Assembly (NCBI RefSeq): GCF_006345805.1
Contig: NC_043013.1
Span: 32,860,001 to 32,924,000, forward strand
Source: Octopus sinensis
Lineage: Eukaryota
Length of the DNA stretch: 64,000 nt
Reading direction: 5' to 3'
The notes under the pieces are model-generated. The model was not told where the DNA came from, made no database searches, and saw only the letters and a list, made by a program, of their open reading frames with translations. A program made the position numbers and the translations under genes. This document shows positions 13,637-27,899 of the stretch, piece after piece (the stretch's first letter is position 1; each line of letters begins with the position of its first letter).

Positions 13637-13675
13637 TAGAATATGGGGGGGGTTAGTTCACTGGTGATCTAAACG
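13514..13675. repeat. Inverted repeat (~37-39 bp arms) centred on a (TA)n tract
   Basis: cgtttagatcaccagtgaactaaacccccatattcta (13514-13550) vs tagaatatggggggggttagttcactggtgatctaaacg (13637-13675); differences are confined to the poly-C/G run. Confidence 0.92.
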
Positions 13676-13787
13676 AACAGGTACGCTGGGTAAGTACTGT
13701 AACGGATTATCAGGGTTCCAAGCTCGTAACTGAGACGGAAGCTATGGATCCATTTTATGCTTCCTATTTAGCAGATATATAATGGTG

Positions 13788-13856
<69 letters not shown>

Positions 13857-14524
13857 ATATATGCGTGTGTGTCTTTATGTATGTATATGTAGATGTGAGT
13901 ATATTAAAATGTATATAAATATTTACGTATAGAAGACACCGTCAATTAATAAGTACGTACGAGTCCCAAGGAATATGTTTCGTATGTAAATTGATCTATC
14001 CAGTAGTATTACGCTGCTAAACGTAGTGGCTATTCAAGCAACGTGTCCATTGATGAATACTGGATTAGATGCAGTGCTGAAGATAGAGCAATAAATCCCG
14101 AAATATGCATATACACCCATTACTTACTTTCCCATATTCGATCACATTGTTTACGTAGATGTCTTCGTGTACCAAACGTCACGAGTTTCAGTTCTGGTTC
14201 TGACTTGTACAGAAAATCCAATAGAGATAACTTAAAAGTGATTATATCGCATTGCTAACACAAAAAGTAGGATAGAATATTGAATTATAAGAATCGAGGA
14301 GACTTGGTAATATATTATGGTTGCAAAACAATACACGGTATCCTTACCAACTAATAATATGTATGCGCCAGTTGTGATGAATGTGTTGAACATTTAAATT
14401 TGTGTCGTATGGATATACGTATCCGATTATTTTTCTTTTTGTTTAGTAATCTATCCATCTGTAAGTACATATATATGTGTGTGAGTGTGTGTTTGCATAT
14501 ATCTATATATCTATATATAGACAG

Positions 14525-14716
<192 letters not shown>

Positions 14717-14718
14717 AT

Positions 14719-16186
14719 ATAATTAATCAATATAGGGTGGCAAAAAATTTCGTAGAATTTTTTTGCCACCAGCGGCCTAGTGGGAAAAAATTTAAATAGT
14801 CATAGACCATTTATAAATTCAACATTACAATCAAGGAACGGCCATAATAGGCCATTCACCCACTAGAAATAACAGCCAAAGCTTCAACCGCAAAACAACA
14901 TTAATTCCGCAAACCAGGAGAAAATTAAAAAAACATTTACCCTGTAGTTTCTTATACGATGCACCGTTTCAACTATTGTTTAATGGCAAACTAACCTGAT
15001 TAAATTAAATCAAGCTAGTCTTCCATAGGCCGATAGATTCGTCAGTAAGAACAGCCAGATCGGAGCAGATATTTTACACGAGGCACTTCTATCCCTGCCT
15101 CGGCAATATCTGACCTAAAATTTTCAAATCATCGCACTCGCGCCAAATTTATCGGCAGCAAATATATGCCGCCGATTCCATTACGGAATTAACCAGAAAA
15201 TTCATAATTAATCAATATAGGGTGGCAAAAAATTTCGTAGAATTTTTTTGCCACCAGCGGCCTAGTGGGAAAAAATTAAATAGTCATAGACCATTTATAA
15301 ATTCAACATCACAATCAAGGAACGGCCATAATAGGCCATTCACCCACTAGAAATAACAGCCAAAGCTTCAACCGCAAGACAACATTAATTCCGCAAACCA
15401 GGAGAAAATTAAAAAAACATTTACCCTGTAGTTTCTTATACGATGCACCGTTTCAACTATTGTTTAATGGCAAACTAACCTGATTAAATTAAATCAAGCT
15501 AGTCTTTCGTAGGCCGATAGATTCGTCAGTAAGAACAGCCAGATCGGAGCAGATATTTTCACGAGGCATTTCCGACCCTGCCAAGGTAATATCTGACCTA
15601 AAATTTTCAAATCGTCGCACTCGCGCCAAATTTATCGGCAGCAAATAAATATAAGCCGTCGATTCCATTACGGAATTAACCAGAAAATTCATGATTGTTG
15701 ATGTTGAACTTAAAAATGGTCTATGACTATTTAATTTTTTCCCACTAGGCCGCTGGTGGCAAAAAGAATTCTACAAAATTTTTTTTGCCACCCTATATTG
15801 ATTAATTATGAATTTTCTGGTTAATTCCGTAATGGAATCGACGGCTTATATTATTTGCTGCCGATAAATTGGCGCGAGTGCGACGATTTGAAAATTTTAG
15901 GTCAGATATTACCTTGGCAGGGTCGGAAATGCCTCGTGAAAATATCTGTTCCGACTTGGCTATTTCTTGCTGAAGAATCTGAGGGCCTATGGAAGATTGG
16001 CTTGATTTAATTTAATCAGGTTAGTTTACCATTAAACAGCAGATGAAACGGTGCATCGTACAAGAAATTACAGGGTAAATGTTTTTTAATTTTCTCCTGT
16101 TTACGGAATTAATCTTTATTTGCGGTTGAAGCTTTGGCTGTTATTTCTAGTGGGTGAATGGCCTATCATGGCCGTTCCTTGATTGT

Positions 16187-16190
<4 letters not shown>
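14719..16190. repeat. 485-487 bp tandem duplication followed by an inverted, circularly permuted third copy
   Basis: Unit 1 14719-15203 and unit 2 15204-15690. 15692-16190 is the reverse complement of ~14823-15317. Bounded by (TATC)n and (TA)n. Confidence 0.95.
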
Positions 16191-16242
<52 letters not shown>

Positions 16243-17421
16243 CGAGAGTCAAAACTATTGAAAAGATTGTAAGACGCAACGAAAATTTTAGGAAAATGAA
16301 AAAATAAGAAATAAGTGGAAAATTTACAGGCGAGTGTGTTACATTATAAGACACATAAAGAAAATGACTCTCCCCTGACACAACAGTATATATAAAGATA
16401 TATATATATATACATATATAAAGAGATATATATATCATTTATATTATATATATATGTGTGTGTGTGTGTGTGAGCGTGTGTCTGTGACTGTGCGTTTATG
16501 TGCGCGCGTGAGTGTATGTGTGTGTTCTGCCATTTGTGAGACACGAACCCGCAGTATTACAGCTGAAAATCTTGACACCATGACTCTAGTAAAACAACGA
16601 TCGGCAAATACCGCCCAGCCGCATACAAACTCTATCTTTATCACTGAAAATTACCAGTGGAAATGCTTTTCTCTATTCAAACTGACAACGAATGCATCTG
16701 CATTTTCTATGAACGCTCCATGAACGGTCTATGAACGCGCATTTCAAATATCAGAATTGTCCATAATTAATTTAGTTCTTAATTAATTTTTTTTTCTCTC
16801 GTCAAATGGCATCATCGTTCTATGTTCAATGAAATTATATTGAATTAGCAGCAGACTGACCAGGAAAATTAATTGTCTTCAGTCAGATAGAAATGAACAT
16901 AATATAAGACCTATAGAATGTTACTTAATCCGGCTATTGGTTTGTCGATTACAATTGTCACTTACGTTGTTTGGAATTGATACATGAAATATCTTTGTCG
17001 GAATATTTATTGCATCAATGCAGCTGCAGCGGCCTTTTCTGAAACAAAACTTCCTGAGCAATCAGCCGGTCACTCAATATATTTGTCGACCTACATTATA
17101 AATCCGGTTAACTAGGAAGCTTTCTTATAACAACACAACCTAAATTCTTATAATTCGCGTAGTCAAAGTAAAAAAAAAAAACCAAAACTCCCCCCAAAAA
17201 ACAGAAAAGAAAGAAAAAGGGATAATTATGTAAAATAGATCTGTACACAAGGAGGATCAACATCACATCATTACCATCACTTCCCCCCCTCTCCTCGTCA
17301 CTACTAAGTAATAATTACCTGCGTCTCCTCTCTCGACACCCCACCACTAATCCCACAAAGACGAACACTTTCGTCAACCTTAATAACTTCACCACCACCA
17401 CCACCACCATTACAGCCACCA

Positions 17422-17490
<69 letters not shown>

Positions 17491-17513
17491 TCATCGGGTT
17501 TATGTGCTGGAAG

Positions 17514-17757
17514 TGGAGGCGCGTGGCTTAGTGGTTAGGGTGTCAGCATCATGATGGTAAGATTGTGGTTTCGATTCCTGGACCGGGCGACGCATTGTGT
17601 TCTTGAGGAAAACATTTCATTTCACGTTGCTCCAGTCCACTCAGCTGGCAAAAATGAGTAACGCTGCGATGGACTGGCGTCCCGTCTAGCAGGGGAACAT
17701 ATACGTCATAGAAACCAGGAAACCGGGCCCTGATCCTGGCTAGGCTTTAAAAGGGCG
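17514..17757 (+). mobile_element. tRNA-derived SINE family 3
   Basis: ggaggcgcgtggcttagtggttagg (A box) and ggtttcgattcc (B box), then gtgttcttgag.aaaac..ttcatttcacgttgctccagtccactcagctgg and gcgatggactggcgtcccgtc. Related pieces at 21765-21875 (+) and 35700-35785 (-). Confidence 0.8.
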
Positions 17758-18029
17758 CATTTATTTTATTTTATTATTATGTGATGGAACAGTAGAACAA
17801 TTTGAATGCCGTAACTGTAGATCTTTACTTTCATGTTCAAATGACACAGAAGTCAACTTCGCCCTTCGTCACGCTGAGATCGATGAAATAAAGTATTGCT
17901 CAGGTACTGCGGTGTATAGTATCGACTGACTCCCTCCTCAAATTGTAACACCAGTAACAAGTTGGTACATTGTCCTGCCTAAATAGCAAACAAATGTAGT
18001 TCAAAACTAACGACACAATATTCCTTTCT

Positions 18030-18295
18030 ACAATAGGCACAAGGCCTGAAATTTTGGGGGAGGTAGGTAAGTGCTCAATTGTAACTAGTTTTATTGACCT
18101 TGAAACGATGAAATGCAAAGTCGACCTCGGCAGATTTCGACCTCAGTGCTCAAGTGTTACTAATTTCACTGACTCCGTAAGGATGAATAGCAAAATCGAC
18201 CTTGGTGGCATTTGAACCCCGAACGTAAAGGCGGACGAAATGTCGCGAAGCACTTTGCCTGGCGTGCTAAAAAAGTCTGCCAGCTGGCCATCTTG
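18030..18295 (-). mobile_element. SINE family 1 (dimer-like, decayed)
   Basis: gcacaaggcctgaaatttt...gcaaagtcgacctcggc...ggatgaatagcaaaatcgacc...cgaaatgtcgcgaagcac...gccagct. Confidence 0.7.
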
Positions 18296-19884
18296 AATTT
18301 AAAAATAATATTGCACAAAGGAAATCTATTCTTATCAGGCGGCTTGAAATATTCCAAGAGAAGTGCTTTTCTTGGAACTTTTTCTTTTCTAAATCTTTAA
18401 TCAACATCCTTCATGGATATGAATATGTGTTATGGAATGTTTACAATCGACCATAGTCCGGCTTATATAAGATGTCCGATAGATATTTACTAGAGATGAT
18501 ATACAACATGCAGATTTTGTTAGAGTTAAGTGATTTAGCAGGAAAATTGGCATTAAATATAGTTTCAAATGATGCACCAAGGCTAACTTGAACAAAATAA
18601 AATTACTTTTAAAACAAGCAATGAGATGTGCCCTAAAGGTTAAATATACAGGAACTACAGAAATATTGCAACACATACAGAAAGAAAAGTGAATAATGAA
18701 TAATAAGAGGGGGTAGAATATACATATTTGATTAATGATTATATTTGACTAAATACTAAGGTTATAGTGATAGATATCAATATTGTAGCCCTTATCAAAT
18801 GGAAATTTAGAGAATTGCGAAAAGATATTAAAGAAGATATAATAATAACTTTATTTAAAATATTCTACCGGGAGGCTGAAATAAAAGTACTGTATTTACA
18901 GTGTAACTTCGGTTTACGAACGATTCTCAACGCGAATGAATCAATTTTTCAAGCATAAAACGTCTCGGGGGATAAACGGTGTCTCGCGTAACAAACAAGC
19001 AAACCGTCAACAACACTTGGTGACAAGCTGGGAATATCAACAGGTGAGCATCATTTGCTGTCTAACATTCCCCAACTGTACATACCTGCTCGAATTCACC
19101 ATGACTTCTCTTGAATTTCCTATGGGAAAAATAGTATCCTTTTATGAAGATTTCGTGTGACGAACGACCTTTAGAAACGAGTTACATGTGCATGCCGAGG
19201 TTCCAATGTACATAAATTTGCTATTTTCTGCAAAAGAGAAAGCTATTATAGAAATATCGTCTATAGGACACAAAAAAATTAAAACGAAATAAAATAGCTC
19301 GAAAACATAAATAAAACAATGATATCAGTGAAACCAGCGTGTGTGTGTGTGGTGTGTATCAACAAACTAAAAGATAACTTGGAAAGGGTATTCTAAAATG
19401 TCATCCAAAGATATTGGGAAAAAAAGGCTGAACTATGAGGCTCGACCAAAACTCAGCAAAGTAAAAGAACCAATTCAACATAGGCCGAGAAGGGGAGGAT
19501 CCAAAACTTAGACCGAATCGCTTTCATCGCAGTTCCATACGAATGCATTTCCACTGGAATTTACGAAAATAAAATGAAGCTGGGTAAAAAATATAACATC
19601 GTCATTATGGGATATTCACTAAAATATATAAGACAAAACAATAGCTACTTAGATAATGGAGAATAAACCATATTGTGAGATATTTTTCTTAGGAGAGAAT
19701 TTAAGACCTTGGGCATTACGAAAAGTTTTCTTTCTTCGAACCCTTTCAATTTAGTCCGCGAAATAAAGACTGAGTTTTTCTCCCTTCCCTGCCAAAGGAA
19801 GGTTCCGTGTCATTCTTTACAATGGACACGAAGAACAGCCGGATTCATCCTATATTTGACATCAGCTGTTCAGCTGTTTGACAC

Positions 19885-20995
19885 AAACCTAAAAATCCGA
19901 CACTGATTGAACTGGTACTTATTTTATCGACCCCGAAAGGATGAAAGGCAAAGTCGACCTCGGCGGAGTTTGAACTCAGAACATAGCGACGGGCAAAATA
20001 CCGCTAAGCATTTCGTCTAGCGTGCTAACGATTCTGTCAGCTTACCGCATAAATAATAATAATGATAATAATAATAATAACAATAATAATAATAATTTCT
20101 ATTATAGGCCCAAGGCCTGAAATTTGGGGCGAGGGCCAAACGCTAACATCAACTCCAATCTTCAACTGGTACTTATTTTATAGACCCCGAAAGGATGAAA
20201 GTAAAGTCAACCTCGGCGAAATTTGAACTCAGAACGTAGTGACTGGCGAAATATCGCTAAGTATTTCGTCCAGTTAGCCAACGATTCTGCTCCCTCGCCG
20301 TCTTAAACGCAATGATAATAATATTGATGATAAACATGTTGTTTTCGCTCAGATCAGATCTGACAGGGTGGAGTAATGATGAAATATATTCCAACCACAA
20401 AATGCAGTCTTATTCCTCATACAGAATGGGTGTAGGAATAAATTATCCAATATACAGTATTAAATTTTGAAGACATCAAGGTTAGGAATTGATGGGAGAA
20501 TTTGACTATTCTTTCTAATCGTTCAGGCATCTTGGCTTTCATGACAGATATAAGTTTAACATACAGTAAAGTTGAAACAAACTGTTTAAGATAATCTTTT
20601 CTAATCTAGGCACAAGGACCGAACATTTGGGGGGGGGGCACTCGATTAGATCGACCCCTGTACGCAACTGGTACATAATTTATCCACCCCCGAAAGGATG
20701 AAAGGCAAAGTCGACCTCGGCGGAATTTGAAATTAGAGCGTAATGACAGACGAAATACATATTTCTGTACTACCCACAAGGGGCTAAACACAGAGAGGAC
20801 AAACAAGGATAGACAAACGGATTAAATCGATTATATCGATCCCAGTGCGTAACTAGAACTTATTTAATCGACCCCGAAAGGATGAAAGGCAAAGTCGGCC
20901 TCGGCGGAATTTGAAATCAGAACGTAACAGCAGACGAAATACCGCTAAGCATTTCACCCGGCGTGCTAACGTTTCTGCCAACTCGCCGCTTTAAA
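19885..20995 (-). mobile_element. Cluster of SINE family 1 copies (19885-20050, 20097-20306, dimer 20606-20995)
   Basis: Repeated actggtacttat.t.atcgaccccgaaaggatgaaaggcaaagtcgacctcggcggaatttgaa...cgaaataccgctaagcatttc. Confidence 0.9.
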
Positions 20996-21764
20996 ATGTT
21001 TAAGATAGTAGAAAAGCTATGATAAATAAAGGAGGCATTATTTTCTATAAAATACTGTAACTTTTCTAAGATATCGATGTCAAAGAAAAGCTGTTTTTGA
21101 ATGACGTCTACTACTACTACTACTACTACTACTACAAATCATTGTAACTGAACGTGTTTTCAAGAAGCTCTAGAAGTGTTTTCTTTTTCCAGTGTTTTTT
21201 ATTGATTTTATTGTTTGGCCGTATTATTAAACCATTATATGGAACTCGTTGTGATTTTGGTTACTCACTCCATGAACCAAAAAGTTTGAGAAAAAGAAAC
21301 ATTTTAAAATCTAGCAAAACTTCTGAAATTGCTTTCATGCTCCGAAATTCTGGCATCTCACAGTCTAGGCAGGTGGCGCTGCGAGCTGATCTAGGTGTAT
21401 TCGCACCATTTGTCTACAACGAGAAATTTTCTCCGTGACAAAACACTGCGAATGGCTTGTTCCCCAGTTCGAACGTGTCCCAAACATATTTAGACTGGTA
21501 ATAACATTGCCTTTATACATAGGACTGCTTCGTGCACCTCTCCACCTCCGTGCTTTCATATTGTCTTCTTAGCTAGCTGATCAGAAAGAGAGGAGCATGG
21601 AAGGGGATTTTGAAGATGAAAATCTTGTTTCAAATCAGCACCATCCAATATACGGCTCTTCATCTGTAGTATCAATAACAACAGTATCAATAACAACAGT
21701 AGTCACAACAACATAAGAAGCTGCAACACACAACAACTATAACAATGGCAACACCAGCAGCAAT

Positions 21765-21875
21765 AAAGGCGCAATGGCCCAGTGGTTAGGACAGCGGACT
21801 CGCGGTCGTAAGAACGTGGTTTCGATTCCCAGACCGGGCATTGTGAGTGTTTATTGAGCAAAAACACCTAAGCTG
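21765..21875 (+). mobile_element. SINE family 3-like tRNA head
   Basis: ggcgcaatggcccagtggttagg...ggtttcgattcccagaccgggc...ttgagcaaaaacac. Confidence 0.7.
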
Positions 21876-22464
21876 TACTCTTTCACCTCAACTTTCTTTC
21901 ACTCTTTCTTCATACTTCTGCCACAAAGTAGAGGAATCATGGTGTAACCCACTATGGTCTGGTAAACTTTCAGACCCTAATCTAGCTTGCGAATCCTCTG
22001 TACCCCAGGATGGTTCAGCTCACCACCCGTTAAAAGCCACCGTTTACGGAATGAGGATAACAACGTAGCTTTCGCGCCCGTGCAACCGCCAGTCTATCGC
22101 GTGTGGTGGGTGGATCTTCAAGTTGCCACACGCATTCTTAGTAGCTTAGAGTAGGCTCGAATTAGAGCTTATTCTTTGTAGCTAATGGCGTGAGCCCTGA
22201 CTGGAAGAAGAACAGCAGTAGCAATAATGATAACAACAACAGTATCAGTGAAAATAGGTCCAAGCAGGTAGTAGCAGTAAAACTGCCGTCGTCACTAACA
22301 AATTCACCAACGGAATAGAGGAACCCGTCGGCACCACTAACACCTTATGGCTACAAGCACTTTCAGGGTCAATGAGTACCAGTTTAAAGACTGAAGATGT
22401 TCTAAACTATGTAAGTCGCAACCCGAAATTGGTGTCCTTGTGCTCCATGTAGAAATTAGTAAAG

Positions 22465-22900
22465 ACTGTGAGCTGCAGTATCGTCGGACAAAATGCATTG
22501 TAGTATTTCTTCCGACGTTGTGAGTTCAAATCCCGCCTAGTAGAATTTTTGTCAGTCGACTAAATAAAGTACTAGTCACTTAAGATGGTTGATAGTGCTG
22601 CTTATATCCAACGCTTCATAAGTTGTCGGCCTTGTGCATAAAGCAGAAACCCTGAAAGGTGGTGGTAGTGGTGGTGGTGGTGGTAGGGGGGCTGTCGGAA
22701 TCGTTAGATCTTCCCGATTGTAAATCTAAAAGTACCTCCTCCAGCTCTTTACGTTCTAAGTTCAAATTCAGTCGAGGTCACTTTTCCTTTTCATCTGTTT
22801 AGGTTCAATAAAATAAAGTCCCAGTCAAGTACAGGGATAAACGGAAGCGATTTGCCCTATACTCTCAAAATTACAGGCGTTGTGCCAAATTTCGAAGGAA
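22465..22900 (+). mobile_element. Two decayed SINE family 1 copies
   Basis: gagctgcagtatcgtcggacaaaatgc...gagttcaaatccc and gtcggaatcgttag...ctaagttcaaattcagtcgaggtca... Confidence 0.65.
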
Positions 22901-23203
22901 TTATTATTATTTTCCTTCTGTAAAGTTTCGCAATTGTTATAGAAACTTCCTTTGTTATGAGTTCTGTATATTTGCAATAACATTGTTTAGAAGCAAACAA
23001 ATACATATTTTACTTATTTTTTTTTCTTTCCTGGAGAATTTTTTTTCTAATTTTTCTTATATTTGTCTTTTACATAGTCACAAACCCATCCAAAGCTGCT
23101 TACAAAAAAAAATAAAATGAAATAAAATAACACAAAAAAGAAAACAAAAAACAAAGAAATATATAGAAACACACACAAGTAACACACACATGTTTGATTA
23201 CAA

Positions 23204-23234
<31 letters not shown>

Positions 23235-23973
23235 AATATATATACGCACATACTTGAATATGGACACGCAGAAACACAATCATGCAAATTAGCATAAATG
23301 AACACACATTTATATATAAGTTCACGATTCCTTAGTTCATACCGTTGTCATGATAAATGGAAAAAAATAATAAAAATTATCCATTCAACACACACATTCT
23401 CTTACATATACAAAAAAAAGTAGTCAGCCATTTTTTTTTTTACCAGTTTGCAAAAATATACACAACAATAAATATTAAAATAATAATAGAAATAATATGA
23501 ATAAAAGAAAATTCTGATTTTGATGCTACTACTACTACTACTACTACTACTAATTATTATTATGATGATGGTGATGCTGAAGACTGGGATGGCGATGATG
23601 AGGGTGGTATAAAATAATTAATAAAACAAATGAGTGTAAACAAATATCATGTACAGGCTTTTCACGTTCGTTGCTTACCCTTTAGCAAAGTGTGCTGTTC
23701 TTTAAGATTTTTAAACTACAAAACTAACAAACTTAACAAAGTCTCGATGCAGGCAACTACACACAAAATGCACGCATAAGAATAACTGTGTAGTTATGTA
23801 TATACAACTATACACACACACAAAAACACGTGCACGCATACACGCGTAAGTATGTGTCTGTGGGTAGTTATAAATTACGTATGTTTGTGTACATGCATCT
23901 CAGTGCGTGCTGATAATTATACAGTTCTAAGTAAATATTAATACATTCTTTCTTTGTTTCCTTCCTTCTTTCC

Positions 23974-24009
<36 letters not shown>

Positions 24010-24472
24010 CTCTCTCCCCCTCCCCCTCTCTCTCACACACATTAACATACGTTAGAACAAGATGCTGCAGATATATATGCATATATGTATATATGTACGT
24101 ATATATATATATGAAATATATATATGTATATGTGTAAATATAAATATATGTATGAGTATATTTATTATATATGTATGAATATATATATGTGTGTGTGTGT
24201 GAGTACATGTGTGTGTGTAAGTGCATGTGTGTGTGTGAGTGCATGTGTGTGTGTGCATATGTGCGTTTATGCAGAAATATAAACACATACCTATATATAC
24301 ATTTTGTTTTCTCTTTTTCTCTATCATAAACAATATTACTTTCTAAATAATCTATCACGAATATGAGTGAAGCAAATGTTTCTGTATTTTCCCAGAAAAA
24401 TTATTTTGCTTCTGCAAACATACACGAACGCACATATTCACACCACACACATTACACTCACACGTACGCATA

Positions 24473-24536
<64 letters not shown>

Positions 24537-25413
24537 TATATATATGTATATATATAATATATATGTAAATATATATATAAATGTATGTATGTCTATATGT
24601 ATGTATGTCTATATGTATATATATAAAGAGTTTATGTAAAAAATAATACGTTAACGAAATCTGGAAACAAAAGATTATCGCCCTCATACACCAAAAATCT
24701 AAAGAGCATAATAAAAAAAAAAACGAAACGAATGTGATGGCGAAAAACGAAACAAAGACGAATGGAATATTAATAATAACAATATCAAGTATCCAACAAA
24801 TAAACTCTTGTCATGCTTTAAAGAAAACTTTTCGGATAATAATAATTAAAAAGAATACTTTCTTCATATATTTTTCACACGTTTCTCAGTTTTATAATCT
24901 GTGAAGAAACGAGGCAAAAATATATTTGTATGTATAAAAAACCCCCCATAAAACTAAAAAATAGGTGTACAGAGACAATACTATGTACAATATATGTCTG
25001 TATACATGTATGTAATTTGTGTGTGCGCGTGTATATATACGTATATATCTTTTTTATTCATATATATATATGCCAATACTTATATATTTACATATACATA
25101 CACTTATATTCATACATAAGTGATTGTATGTATATTTGTAAATTATGCTTGTATTATAGATATGGTGCAGCAAATGTGTGAGGATATGCCTTCAAATACC
25201 TCAATATACATTGGGGTGTGCGTATATGCATATATATATATATGTGTGTGTGTCAGGTTTTGTGCGACTGTGCATATGTACCTGTCTCCGTGTATGTATA
25301 CATCTAATTATGCACATATCTCCCTCTTCTCTTATTCTATACGCATGTATGCGTATATACATAAAATATATACATAAGTACGTATATCCATATATATATA
25401 TGTATATATATAC

Positions 25414-25467
<54 letters not shown>

Positions 25468-25477
25468 GTATGTATGT

Positions 25478-25597
<120 letters not shown>

Positions 25598-26018
25598 ATA
25601 TATATAAAAGTATGTGTATGTGCATGTATAAACAGAAGCCCAGTTACGTGTTTATCTGATTATGAATAAGACCAGAATTGGAAGAATAACACAAGATTTA
25701 AAAAAAAACGTTTTGTTCTTTAGAACTAAAACGACGCAACCCAAACACATACACACATATAAACGCCCTGTGTGGTCTCACATTTCTACACATATACATA
25801 TACTTCCTAAGCACTCACAGACTCAAATAGAAGCAAGGACTCAAAAGGAACCTAAAATAAATGAACAGAAGAAACGACTAAAGTAATCCGTGTGTTCGTG
25901 TGTTTTTGTGCATGCGTGTTTGTGGGTATATGACATAATATAATATTATATGATATATATATATATGCCTACATATATACTTAAGCACGTATATGTATGC
26001 ACGCACACACTAGTATAT

Positions 26019-26050
<32 letters not shown>

Positions 26051-27607
26051 AATGAAATGACGCTGTGTCTGTATTTGTGAATGCGCTCTAGTGTTTGCGT
26101 GTGTCTACACATACAGAGTCACCGATTTACGTAAATATTGTTCTACAGATATTTTATATTATTTAACAGATAAGATACATTTACGTTAATATTTCTATGT
26201 TCTCTTTATAGTAAACTATGTGCAATCACAGCCGTTTTTCTTGTTTAGATATTACAATCTCTTACGTCCCTTATCGTTTAGCGTTAGTTTTATTTATCCT
26301 TTTCACGCTATTTCTGAAGAAACCAAGTGTGTTTTATCTACAGACAATGCCCAAATTTATATATATATATACATATATACACACACGGAGTGTTGGAGAT
26401 TAGCGCTCAGGCACCCAAGTTCTTTCTTCCAGAACTAGCTTTCAAATTAATGTTATGGACACTTACGTTTTCTGTGTATGTTCACTTAGACGTTTGTGAC
26501 ACGGAGCTGAAACGACCATCTTGGACAGCGCATTGATGTGTTTCTGCTCCCTTCATTATGCCGAATCCTGTTATTTCAGTTTCAGTATTTATATTTTAGT
26601 TCCATTGTGTACATTTTGACTATGTATCATCATGTACTGAAGTTTTTATTCTTTTAATGAAATTTAATAAAAATAATAATATATTACGTGTATATATATA
26701 TTTGTATGTGTGTGTGTATGTGTGTGTGTGTGTATGTATGTATACATATTTCAAATTTACAGAAGACAAAAATGGAAGACAGGTGTAGGAAAGCAAGTAG
26801 GTTTAACGTCCGGAAAGATTGAACAGTCTTTTACTTTTCGGGCCTACGCTCTTCGGCATAAAGAATTAAAAGGAAAATAACTGAGAGAGAATGAAAAAGA
26901 ACAGAGAGAGAAAAACTGCACAGATCAACGGTCCAACATGGCGAGATGACTGGGAAAAAAATGAGGTTGAATGAAAGGAAGATGATAATAACGGTAATGG
27001 TGGCCCCAACTAACTAGGGTGTGCAAGCATATGTGTGCATGTGAAAATGGTGTGTGTGAGTGTGTGTGTATGAATGGGGGCGAGTGAGTCGAACGTGTAT
27101 GTGTGTGTGTGTGTGTTGTGTGTAGCAGTTGATGTGTGTCTGTTCAGGTGGCATGGGCACTTGTGTATGTGTGTTAATGTCTGTGACTAAATATTGTGCA
27201 TATGTATAGCGTATGTTTGTGGACGAAAGTGAACTTTGTCTATGTGCGATGCATTAGTTTGTGCGTGTTGCGCGTGTGTGTGTATATATTGTCTGTGTTC
27301 AGGTATTGTGTGCTAGTGTGGGTGTGGGAGTGTGCTTGATGGTGGGTGCACTGTGGCTGCTTGGAGAGTGATACGTGTGGTGATGCTATTGAAAATTGTG
27401 TGTGGGTGTGTGGATAATGATGTGTGGTGTGTGTTTGTATGTATCTCTCTGTGTCTTTCTCTCTCTATATATATTTGTATGTATATATATATAACACATA
27501 TATATGTGTGTGTGTGTATTATATATGTATATGAATGTTTTTAGTTCATGTCTAAAAACCTCTTCTCCATAACCACCATAAATACATATACACGCACACA
27601 CACACGC

Positions 27608-27685
<78 letters not shown>

Positions 27686-27899
27686 TATCTATTATCTATA
27701 TGTCTGCCTGTCTGTCTGTCTGTTTGTCTATCTATCTATCTACACATACACATATGTATATATTTAATTAATCTGAGACACGGAAGATGGAGGATACGAG
27801 AATCTTTATTGATCATTAAAATTGTTTTGATCCATTTAGCATCAAGCCCTCGCAGGTGGGATACTGAACAGCTGATTTATATCTATCCGTCTGTGTATG

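Noticed and set aside
15500-15530. CUGACGA...GAAA on the minus strand of the 485-bp unit
   Set aside because: No stem II pairing, and GAAA is absent in unit 1 and in the inverted copy.
17514-17590. tRNA-like sequences at the SINE heads (also 21765, 44851)
   Set aside because: They lack a complete cloverleaf or acceptor stem and continue into SINE bodies; not tRNA genes.
18902-19043. Candidate 142-nt plus-strand exon (tttacag| ... CAG|GTGAGC), one open frame
   Set aside because: The peptide is not recognisable and there is no supporting neighbour exon.
21363-21382. CTCF-like motif aggcaggtggcgctg
   Set aside because: It lacks the 5' CC of the core, and a single partial match is expected by chance.
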